DNA from: Eledone cirrhosa
Taxonomy: Eukaryota
DNA length: 64,000 nt
Direction of reading: 5' to 3'
Assembly (NCBI GenBank): GCA_964016885.1
Contig: OZ024742.1
Location: 113,956,001-114,020,000 of the forward strand
Positions 11,623 through 24,147 of the stretch are shown here, in pieces; the first letter of the stretch is position 1, and each line of letters starts with the position of its first letter. The translations under genes and the position numbers were made by a program. The notes under the pieces are model-generated. The model saw only the letters and a list, made by a program, of their open reading frames with translations, was not told the DNA's origin and ran no database searches.

Positions 11623-14600
11623 CAAATAACGAAACGAAATTAAATTTCGTTTCGTTTGTAACTCACTTTTGTATGACTGACGCTTAAACAATTAAGTTAA
11701 AGATGTACATCCATATATGTATACTGAAATACTAGTATGTATATGAATACACACACGTATACATATGTAGATGTACCAAGTTTTTTTCACTGGTCACTTT
11801 ACTGTGAGTGGCCAGCTATTCTGTATGTAAACCCACAGACAAACCGGTTTTTAGAGTCATACTGGTTTTTGAGGAAACACCTTTCCTCTATTCTCCAGAA
11901 AGCCAGACAAGGAATATTGAACTAGTTTCGTTGTTGTTACAACTCATCAGCAATATTTACCTATCTTCCGGCCTCTCTAGAGAATCGTAAAAGCACATAT
12001 CGTTATATGCTTTTTCTATGAAAATTAGTAGTGGGCAGACTAATTTGCATAGAGTGTGAGTAAGTACCGGTTCAACGGAGACGATAAAAACAAATAACGA
12101 AACGAAATTAAATTTCGTTTCGTTTGTAACTCACTTTTGTATGACTGACGCTTAAACAATTAAGTTAAAGATGTACATCCATATATGTATACTGAAATAC
12201 TAGTATGTATATGAATACACACACGTATACATATGTAGATGTACCAAGTTTTTTTCACTGGTCACTTTACTGTGAGTGGCCAGCTATTCTGTATGTAAAC
12301 ACACAGACAAACCGGTTTTTAGAGTCATACTGGTTTTTGAGGAAACACCTTTCCTCTATTCTCCAGAAAGCCAGACAAGGAATATTGAACTAGTTTCGTT
12401 GTTGTTACAACTCATCAGCAATATTTACCTATCTTCCAGCCTCTCTAGAGAATCGTAAAAGCACATATCGTTATATGCTTTTTCTATGAAAATTAGTAGT
12501 GGGCAGACTAATTTGCATAGAGTGTGAGTAAGTACCGGTTCAACGGAGACGATAAAAACAAATAACGAAACGAAATTAAATTTCGTTTCGTTTGTAACTC
12601 ACTTTTGTATGACTGACGCTTAAACAATTAAGTTAAAGATGTACATCCATATATGTATACTGAAATACTAGTATGTATATGAATACACACACGTATACAT
12701 ATGTAGATGTACCAAGTTTTTTTCACTGGTCACTTTACTGTGAGTGGCCAGCTATTCTGTATGTAAACACACAGACAAACCGGTTTTTAGAGTCATACTG
12801 GTTTTTGAGGAAACACCTTTCCTCTATTCTCCAGAAGCCAGACAAGGAATATTGAACTAGTTTCGTTGTTGTTACAACTCATCAGCAATATTTACCTATC
12901 TTCCGGCCTCTCTAGAGAATCGTAAAAGCACATATCGTTATATGCTTTTTCTATGAAAATTAGTAGTGGGCAGACTAATTTGCATAGAGTGTGAGTAAGT
13001 ACCGGTTCAACGGAGACGATAAAAACATATAACGAAACGAAATTAAATTTCGTTTCGTTTGTAACTCACTTTTGTATGACTGACGCTTAAACAATTAAGT
13101 TAAAGATGTACATCCATATATGTATACTGAAATACTAGTATGTATATGAATACACACACGTATACATATGTAGATGTACCAAGTTTTTTTCACTGGTCAC
13201 TTTACTGTGAGTGGCCAGCTATTCTGTATGTAAACACACAGACAAACCGGTTTTTAGAGTCATACTGGTTTTTGAGGAAACACCTTTCCTCTATTCTCCA
13301 GAAAGCCAGACAAGGAATATTGAACTAGTTTCGTTGTTGTTACAACTCATCAGCAATATTTACCTATCTTCCGGCCTCTCTAGAGAATCGTAAAAGCACA
13401 TATCGTTATATGCTTTTTCTATGAAAATTAGTAGTGGGCAGACTAATTTGCATAGAGTGTGAGTAAGTACCGGTTCAACGGAGACGATAAAAACAAATAA
13501 CGAAACGAAATTAAATTTCGTTTCGTTTGTAACTCACTTTTGTATGACTGACGCTTAAACAATTAAGTTAAAGATGTACATCCATATATGTATACTGAAA
13601 TACTAGTATGTATATGAATACACACACGTATACATATGTAGATGTACCAAGTTTTTTTCACTGGTCACTTTACTGTGAGTGGCCAGCTATTCTGTATGTA
13701 AACACACAGACAAACCGGTTTTTAGAGTCATACTGGTTTTTGAGGAAACACCTTTCCTCTATTCTCCAGAAAGCCAGACAAGGAATATTGAACTAGTTTC
13801 GTTGTTGTTACAACTCATCAGCAATATTTACCTATCTTCCGGCCTCTCTAGAGAATCGTAAAAGCACATATCGTTATATGCTTTTTCTATGAAAATTAGT
13901 AGTGGGCAGACTAATTTGCATAGAGTGTGAGTAAGTACCGGTTCAACGGAGACGATAAAAACAAATAACGAAACGAAATTAAATTTCGTTTCGTTTGTAA
14001 CTCACTTTTGTATGACTGACGCTTAAACAATTAAGTTAAAGATGTACATCCATATATGTATACTGAAATACTAGTATGTATATGAATACACACACGTATA
14101 CATATGTAGATGTACCAAGTTTTTTTCACTGGTCACTTTACTGTGAGTGGCCAGCTATTCTGTATGTAAACACACAGACAAACCGGTTTTTAGAGTCATA
14201 CTGGTTTTTGAGGAAACACCTTTCCTCTATTCTCCAGAAAGCCAGACAAGGAATATTGAACTAGTTTCGTTGTTGTTACAACTCATCAGCAATATTTACC
14301 TATCTTCCGGCCTCTCTAGAGAATCGTAAAAGCACATATCGTTATATGCTTTTTCTATGAAAATTAGTAGTGGGCAGACTAATTTGCATAGAGTGTGAGT
14401 AAGTACCGGTTCAACGGAGACGATAAAAACAAATAACGAAACGAAATTAAATTTCGTTTCGTTTCTAACTCACTTTTGTATGACTGACGCTTAAACAATT
14501 AAGTTAAAGATGTACATCCATATATGTATACTGAAATACTAGTATGTATATGAATACACACACGTATACATATGTAGATGTACCAAGTTTTTTTCACTGG

Positions 14601-17600
14601 TCACTTTACTGTGAGTGGCCAGCTATTCTGTATGTAAACACACAGACAAACCGGTTTTTAGAGTCATACTGGTTTTTGAGGAAACACCTTTCCTCTATTC
14701 TCCAGAAGCCAGACAAGGAATATTGAACTAGTTTCGTTGTTGTTACAACTCATCAGCAATATTTACCTATCTTCCGGCCTCTCTAGAGAATCGTAAAAGC
14801 ACATATCGTTATATGCTTTTTCTATGAAAATTAGTAGTGGGCAGACTAATTTGCATAGAGTGTGAGTAAGTACCGGTTCAACGGAGACGATAAAAACAAA
14901 TAACGAAACGAAATTAAATTTCGTTTCGTTTTGTAACTCACTTTTGTATGACTGACGCTTAAACAATTAAGTTAAAGATGTACATCCATATATGTATACT
15001 GAAATACTAGTATGTATATGAATACACACACGTATACATATGTAGATGTACCAAGTTTGTTTCACTGGTCACTTTACTGTGAGTGGCCAGCTATTCTGTA
15101 TGTAAACACACAGACAAACCGGTTTTTAGAGTCATACTGGTTTTTGAGGAAACACCTTTCCTCTATTCTCCAGAAAGCCAGACAAGGAATATTGAACTAG
15201 TTTCGTTGTTGTTACAACTCATCAGCAATATTTACCTATCTTCCGGCCTCTCTAGAGAATCGTAAAAGCACATATCGTTATATGCTTTTTCTATGAAAAT
15301 TAGTAGTGGGCAGACTAATTTGCATAGAGTGTGAGTAAGTACCGGTTCAACGGAGACGATAAAAACAAATAACGAAACGAAATTAAATTTCGTTTCGTTT
15401 GTAACTCACTTTTGTATGACTGACGCTTAAACAATTAAGTTAAAGATGTACATCCATATATGTATACTGAAATACTAGTATGTATATGAATACACACACG
15501 TATACATATGTAGATGTACCAAGTTTTTTTCACTGGTCACTTTACTGTGAGTGGCCAGCTATTCTGTATGTAAACACACAGACAAACCGGTTTTTAGAGT
15601 CATACTGGTTTTTGAGGAAACACCTTTCCTCTATTCTCCAGAAAGCCAGACAAGGAATATTGAACTAGTTTCGTTGTTGTTACAACTCATCAGCAATATT
15701 TACCTATCTTCCGGCCTCTCTAGAGAATCGTAAAAGCACATATCGTTATATGCTTTTTCTATGAAAATTAGTAGTGGGCAGACTAATTTGCATAGAGTGT
15801 GAGTAAGTACCGGTTCAACGGAGACGATAAAAACAAATAACGAAACGAAATTAAATTTCGTTTCGTTTGTAACTCACTTTTGTATGACTGACGCTTAAAC
15901 AATTAAGTTAAAGATGTACATCTATATATGTATACTGAAATACTAGTATGTATATGAATACACACACGTATACATATGTAGATGTACCAAGTTTTTTTCA
16001 CTGGTCACTTTACTGTGAGTGGCCAGCTATTCTGTATGTAAACACACAGACAAACCGGTTTTTAGAGTCATACTGGTTTTTGAGGAAACACCTTTCCTCT
16101 ATTCTCCAGAAAGCCAGACAAGGAATATTGAACTAGTTTCGTTGTTGTTACAACTCATCAGCAATATTTACCTATCTTCCGGCCTCTCTAGAGAATCGTA
16201 AAAGCACATATCGTTATATGCTTTTTCTATGAAAATTAGTAGTGGGCAGACTAATTTGCATAGAGTGTGAGTAAGTACCGGTTCAACGGAGACGATAAAA
16301 ACAAATAACGAAACGAAATTAAATTTCGTTTCGTTTGTAACTCACTTTTGTATGACTGACGCTTAAACAATTAAGTTAAAGATGTACATCCATATATGTA
16401 TACTGAAATACTAGTATGTATATGAATACACACACGTATACATATGTAGATGTACCAAGTTTGTTTCACTGGTCACTTTACTGTGAGTGGCCAGCTATTC
16501 TGTATGTAAACACACAGACAAACCGGTTTTTAGAGTCATACTGGTTTTTGAGGAAACACCTTTCCTCTATTCTCCAGAAAGCCAGACAAGGAATATTGAA
16601 CTAGTTTCGTTGTTGTTACAACTCATCAGCAATATTTACCTATCTTCCGGCCTCTCTAGAGAATCGTAAAAGCACATATCGTTATATGCTTTTTCTATGA
16701 AAATTAGTAGTGGGCAGACTAATTTGCATAGAGTGTGAGTAAGTACCGGTTCAACGGAGACGATAAAAACAAATAACGAAACGAAATTAAATTTCGTTTC
16801 GTTTCTAACTCACTTTTGTATGACTGACGCTTAAACAATTAAGTTAAAGATGTACATCCATATATGTATACTGAAATACTAGTATGTATATGAATACACA
16901 CACGTATACATATGTAGATGTACCAAGTTTTTTTCACTGGTCACTTTACTGTGAGTGGCCAGCTATTCTGTATGTAAACACACAGACAAACCGGTTTTTA
17001 GAGTCATACTGGTTTTTGAGGAAACACCTTTCCTCTATTCTCCAGAAAGCCAGACAAGGAATATTGAACTAGTTTCGTTGTTGTTACAACTCATCAGCAA
17101 TATTTACCTATCTTCCGGCCTCTCTAGAGAATCGTAAAAGCACATATCGTTATATGCTTTTTCTATGAAAATTAGTAGTGGGCAGACTAATTTGCATAGA
17201 GTGTGAGTAAGTACCGGTTCAACGGAGACGATAAAAACAAATAACGAAACGAAATTAAATTTCGTTTCGTTTCTAACTCACTTTTGTATGACTGACGCTT
17301 AAACAATTAAGTTAAAGATGTACATCCATATATGTATACTGAAATACTAGTATGTATATGAATACACACACGTATACATATGTAGATGTACCAAGTTTTT
17401 TTCACTGGTCACTTTACTGTGAGTGGCCAGCTATTCTGTATGTAAACACACAGACAAACCGGTTTTTAGAGTCATACTGGTTTTTGAGGAAACACCTTTC
17501 CTCTATTCTCCAGAAGCCAGACAAGGAATATTGAACTAGTTTCGTTGTTGTTACAACTCATCAGCAATATTTACCTATCTTCCGGCCTCTCTAGAGAATC

Positions 17601-20600
17601 GTAAAAGCACATATCGTTATATGCTTTTTCTATGAAAATTAGTAGTGGGCAGACTAATTTGCATAGAGTGTGAGTAAGTACCGGTTCAACGGAGACGATA
17701 AAAACAAATAACGAAACGAAATTAAATTTCGTTTCGTTTGTAACTCACTTTTGTATGACTGACGCTTAAACAATTAAGTTAAAGATGTACATCCATATAT
17801 GTATACTGAAATACTAGTATGTATATGAATACACACACGTATACATATGTAGATGTACCAAGTTTGTTTCACTGGTCACTTTACTGTGAGTGGCCAGCTA
17901 TTCTGTATGTAAACACACAGACAAACCGGTTTTTAGAGTCATACTGGTTTTTGAGGAAACACCTTTCCTCTATTCTCCAGAAAGCCAGACAAGGAATATT
18001 GAACTAGTTTCGTTGTTGTTACAACTCATCAGCAATATTTACCTATCTTCCGGCCTCTCTAGAGAATCGTAAAAGCACATATCGTTATATGCTTTTTCTA
18101 TGAAAATTAGTAGTGGGCAGACTAATTTGCATAGAGTGTGAGTAAGTACCGGTTCAACGGAGACGATAAAAACAAATAACGAAACGAAATTAAATTTCGT
18201 TTCGTTTGTAACTCACTTTTGTATGACTGACGCTTAAACAATTAAGTTAAAGATGTACATCCATATATGTATACTGAAATACTAGTATGTATATGAATAC
18301 ACACACGTATACATATGTAGATGTACCAAGTTTTTTTCACTGGTCACTTTACTGTGAGTGGCCAGCTATTCTGTATGTAAACACACAGACAAACCGGTTT
18401 TTAGAGTCATACTGGTTTTTGAGGAAACACCTTTCCTCTATTCTCCAGAAAGCCAGACAAGGAATATTGAACTAGTTTCGTTGTTGTTACAACTCATCAG
18501 CAATATTTACCTATCTTCCGGCCTCTCTAGAGAATCGTAAAAGCACATATCGTTATATGCTTTTTCTATGAAAATTAGTAGTGGGCAGACTAATTTGCAT
18601 AGAGTGTGAGTAAGTACCGGTTCAACGGAGACGATAAAAACAAATAACGAAACGAAATTAAATTTCGTTTCGTTTGTAACTCACTTTTGTATGACTGACG
18701 CTTAAACAATTAAGTTAAAGATGTACATCCATATATGTATACTGAAATACTAGTATGTATATGAATACACACACGTATACATATGTAGATGTACCAAGTT
18801 TGTTTCACTGGTCACTTTACTGTGAGTGGCCAGCTATTCTGTATGTAAACACACAGACAAACCGGTTTTTAGAGTCATACTGGTTTTTGAGGAAACACCT
18901 TTCCTCTATTCTCCAGAAAGCCAGACAAGGAATATTGAACTAGTTTCGTTGTTGTTACAACTCATCAGCAATATTTACCTATCTTCCGGCCTCTCTAGAG
19001 AATCGTAAAAGCACATATCGTTATATGCTTTTTCTATGAAAATTAGTAGTGGGCAGACTAATTTGCATAGAGTGTGAGTAAGTACCGGTTCAACGGAGAC
19101 GATAAAAACAAATAACGAAACGAAATTAAATTTCGTTTCGTTTGTAACTCACTTTTGTATGACTGACGCTTAAACAATTAAGTTAAAGATGTACATCCAT
19201 ATATGTATACTGAAATACTAGTATGTATATGAATACACACACGTATACATATGTAGATGTACCAAGTTTTTTTCACTGGTCACTTTACTGTGAGTGGCCA
19301 GCTATTCTGTATGTAAACACACAGACAAACCGGTTTTTAGAGTCATACTGGTTTTTGAGGAAACACCTTTCCTCTATTCTCCAGAAAGCCAGACAAGGAA
19401 TATTGAACTAGTTTCGTTGTTGTTACAACTCATCAGCAATATTTACCTATCTTCCGGCCTCTCTAGAGAATCGTAAAAGCACATATCGTTATATGCTTTT
19501 TCTATGAAAATTAGTAGTGGGCAGACTAATTTGCATAGAGTGTGAGTAAGTACCGGTTCAACGGAGACGATAAAAACAAATAACGAAACGAAATTAAATT
19601 TCGTTTCGTTTCTAACTCACTTTTGTATGACTGACGCTTAAACAATTAAGTTAAAGATGTACATCCATATATGTATACTGAAATACTAGTATGTATATGA
19701 ATACACACACGTATACATATGTAGATGTACCAAGTTTTTTTCACTGGTCACTTTACTGTGAGTGGCCAGCTATTCTGTATGTAAACACACAGACAAACCG
19801 GTTTTTAGAGTCATACTGGTTTTTGAGGAAACACCTTTCCTCTATTCTCCAGAAGCCAGACAAGGAATATTGAACTAGTTTCGTTGTTGTTACAACTCAT
19901 CAGCAATATTTACCTATCTTCCGGCCTCTCTAGAGAATCGTAAAAGCACATATCGTTATATGCTTTTTCTATGAAAATTAGTAGTGGGCAGACTAATTTG
20001 CATAGAGTGTGAGTAAGTACCGGTTCAACGGAGACGATAAAAACAAATAACGAAACGAAATTAAATTTCGTTTCGTTTGTAACTCACTTTTGTATGACTG
20101 ACGCTTAAACAATTAAGTTAAAGATGTACATCCATATATGTATACTGAAATACTAGTATGTATATGAATACACACACGTATACATATGTAGATGTACCAA
20201 GTTTGTTTCACTGGTCACTTTACTGTGAGTGGCCAGCTATTCTGTATGTAAACACACAGACAAACCGGTTTTTAGAGTCATACTGGTTTTTGAGGAAACA
20301 CCTTTCCTCTATTCTACAGAAAGCCAGACAAGGAATATTGAACTAGTTTCGTTGTTGTTACAACTCATCAGCAATATTTACCTATCTTCCGGCCTCTCTA
20401 GAGAATCGTAAAAGCACATATCGTTATATGCTTTTTCTATGAAAATTAGTAGTGGGCAGACTAATTTGCATAGAGTGTGAGTAAGTACCGGTTCAACGGA
20501 GACGATAAAAACAAATAACGAAACGAAATTAAATTTCGTTTCGTTTGTAACTCACTTTTGTATGACTGACGCTTAAACAATTAAGTTAAAGATGTACATC

Positions 20601-23600
20601 CATATATGTATACTGAAATACTAGTATGTATATGAATACACACACGTATACATATGTAGATGTACCAAGTTTTTTTCACTGGTCACTTTACTGTGAGTGG
20701 CCAGCTATTCTGTATGTAAACACACAGACAAACCGGTTTTTAGAGTCATACTGGTTTTTGAGGAAACACCTTTCCTCTATTCTCCAGAAAGCCAGACAAG
20801 GAATATTGAACTAGTTTCGTTGTTGTTACAACTCATCAGCAATATTTACCTATCTTCCGGCCTCTCTAGAGAATCGTAAAAGCACATATCGTTATATGCT
20901 TTTTCTATGAAAATTAGTAGTGGGCAGACTAATTTGCATAGAGTGTGAGTAAGTACCGGTTCAACGGAGACGATAAAAACAAATAACGAAACGAAATTAA
21001 ATTTCGTTTCGTTTGTAACTCACTTTTGTATGACTGACGCTTAAACAATTAAGTTAAAGATGTACATCCATATATGTATACTGAAATACTAGTATGTATA
21101 TGAATACACACACGTATACATATGTAGATGTACCAAGTTTTTTTCACTGGTCACTTTACTGTGAGTGGCCAGCTATTCTGTATGTAAACACACAGACAAA
21201 CCGGTTTTTAGAGTCATACTGGTTTTTGAGGAAACACCTTTCCTCTATTCTCCAGAAAGCCAGACAAGGAATATTGAACTAGTTTCGTTGTTGTTACAAC
21301 TCATCAGCAATATTTACCTATCTTCCGGCCTCTCTAGAGAATCGTAAAAGCACATATCGTTATATGCTTTTTCTATGAAAATTAGTAGTGGGCAGACTAA
21401 TTTGCATAGAGTGTGAGTAAGTACCGGTTCAACGGAGACGATAAAAACAAATAACGAAACGAAATTAAATTTCGTTTCGTTTGTAACTCACTTTTGTATG
21501 ACTGACGCTTAAACAATTAAGTTAAAGATGTACATCCATATATGTATACTGAAATACTAGTATGTATATGAATACACACACGTATACATATGTAGATGTA
21601 CCAAGTTTGTTTCACTGGTCACTTTACTGTGAGTGGCCAGCTATTCTGTATGTAAACACACAGACAAACCGGTTTTTAGAGTCATACTGGTTTTTGAGGA
21701 AACACCTTTCCTCTATTCTCCAGAAAGCCAGACAAGGAATATTGAACTAGTTTCGTTGTTGTTACAACTCATCAGCAATATTTACCTATCTTCCGGCCTC
21801 TCTAGAGAATCGTAAAAGCACATATCGTTATATGCTTTTTCTATGAAAATTAGTAGTGGGCAGACTAATTTGCATAGAGTGTGAGTAAGTACCGGTTCAA
21901 CGGAGACGATAAAAACAAATAACGAAACGAAATTAAATTTCGTTTCGTTTGTAACTCACTTTTGTATGACTGACGCTTAAACAATTAAGTTAAAGATGTA
22001 CATCCATATATGTATACTGAAATACTAGTATGTATATGAATACACACACGTATACATATGTAGATGTACCAAGTTTTTTTCACTGGTCACTTTACTGTGA
22101 GTAGCCAGCTATTCTGTATGTAAACACACAGACAAACCGGTTTTTAGAGTCATACTGGTTTTTGAGGAAACACCTTTCCTCTATTCTCCAGAAAGCCAGA
22201 CAAGGAATATTGAACTAGTTTCGTTGTTGTTACAACTCATCAGCAATATTTACCTATCTTCCGGCCTCTCTAGAGAATCGTAAAAGCACATATCGTTATA
22301 TGCTTTTTCTATGAAAATTAGTAGTGGGCAGACTAATTTGCATAGAGTGTGAGTAAGTACCGGTTCAACGGAGACGATAAAAACAAATAACGAAACGAAA
22401 TTAAATTTCGTTTCGTTTGTAACTCACTTTTGTATGACTGACGCTTAAACAATTAAGTTAAAGATGTACATCCATATATGTATACTGAAATACTAGTATG
22501 TATATGAATACACACACGTATACATATGTAGATGTACCAAGTTTTTTTCACTGGTCACTTTACTGTGAGTGGCCAGCTATTCTGTATGTAAACACACAGA
22601 CAAACCGGTTTTTAGAGTCATACTGGTTTTTGAGGAAACACCTTTCCTCTATTCTCCAGAAAGCCAGACAAGGAATATTGAACTAGTTTCGTTGTTGTTA
22701 CAACTCATCAGCAATATTTACCTATCTTCCGGCCTCTCTAGAGAATCGTAAAAGCACATATCGTTATATGCTTTTTCTATGAAAATTAGTAGTGGGCAGA
22801 CTAATTTGCATAGAGTGTGAGTAAGTACCGGTTCAACGGAGACGATAAAAACAAATAACGAAACGAAATTAAATTTCGTTTCGTTTGTAACTCACTTTTG
22901 TATGACTGACGCTTAAACAATTAAGTTAAAGATGTACATCCATATATGTATACTGAAATACTAGTATGTATATGAATACACACACGTATACATATGTAGA
23001 TGTACCAAGTTTGTTTCACTGGTCACTTTACTGTGAGTGGCCAGCTATTCTGTATGTAAACACACAGACAAACCGGTTTTTAGAGTCATACTGGTTTTTG
23101 AGGAAACACCTTTCCTCTATTCTCCAGAAAGCCAGACAAGGAATATTGAACTAGTTTCGTTGTTGTTACAACTCATCAGCAATATTTACCTATCTTCCGG
23201 CCTCTCTAGAGAATCGTAAAAGCACATATCGTTATATGCTTTTTCTATGAAAATTAGTAGTGGGCAGACTAATTTGCATAGAGTGTGAGTAAGTACCGGT
23301 TCAACGGAGACGATAAAAACAAATAACGAAACGAAATTAAATTTCGTTTCGTTTGTAACTCACTTTTGTATGACTGACGCTTAAACAATTAAGTTAAAGA
23401 TGTACATCCATATATGTATACTGAAATACTAGTATGTATATGAATACACACACGTATACATATGTAGATGTACCAAGTTTTTTTCACTGGTCACTTTACT
23501 GTGAGTAGCCAGCTATTCTGTATGTAAACACACAGACAAACCGGTTTTTAGAGTCATACTGGTTTTTGAGGAAACACCTTTCCTCTATTCTCCAGAAAGC

Positions 23601-24147
23601 CAGACAAGGAATATTGAACTAGTTTCGTTGTTGTTACAACTCATCAGCAATATTTACCTATCTTCCGGCCTCTCTAGAGAATCGTAAAAGCACATATCGT
23701 TATATGCTTTTTCTATGAAAATTAGTAGTGGGCAGACTAATTTGCATAGAGTGTGAGTAAGTACCGGTTCAACGGAGACGATAAAAACAAATAACGAAAC
23801 GAAATTAAATTTCGTTTCGTTTGTAACTCACTTTTGTATGACTGACGCTTAAACAATTAAGTTAAAGATGTACATCCATATATGTATACTGAAATACTAG
23901 TATGTATATGAATACACACACGTATACATATGTAGATGTACCAAGTTTTTTTCACTGGTCACTTTACTGTGAGTGGCCAGCTATTCTGTATGTAAACACA
24001 CAGACAAACCGGTTTTTAGAGTCATACTGGTTTTTGAGGAAACACCTTTCCTCTATTCTCCAGAAAGCCAGACAAGGAATATTGAACTAGTTTCGTTGTT
24101 GTTACAACTCATCAGCAATATTTACCTATCTTCCGGCCTCTCTAGAG
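11616..24147 (-). repeat. 468-bp tandem array, left arm: 27 near-identical units, each with a hammerhead on the minus strand (candidate retrozyme)
   Basis: Period of 467-468 bp is visible in the sequence and in the repeating short ORFs. The arm starts at a (TA)n tract. Confidence 0.95.
11913..11957 (-). ncRNA. Type I hammerhead ribozyme, first of 27 left-arm copies (repeats every ~468 bp)
   Basis: Reverse complement reads aatattg-CTGATGA-gttgt aaca acaac-GAAAC-ta-GTT-caatatt: 7-bp stem I, 5-bp stem II, palindromic AACTAGTT stem III. Confidence 0.88.
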
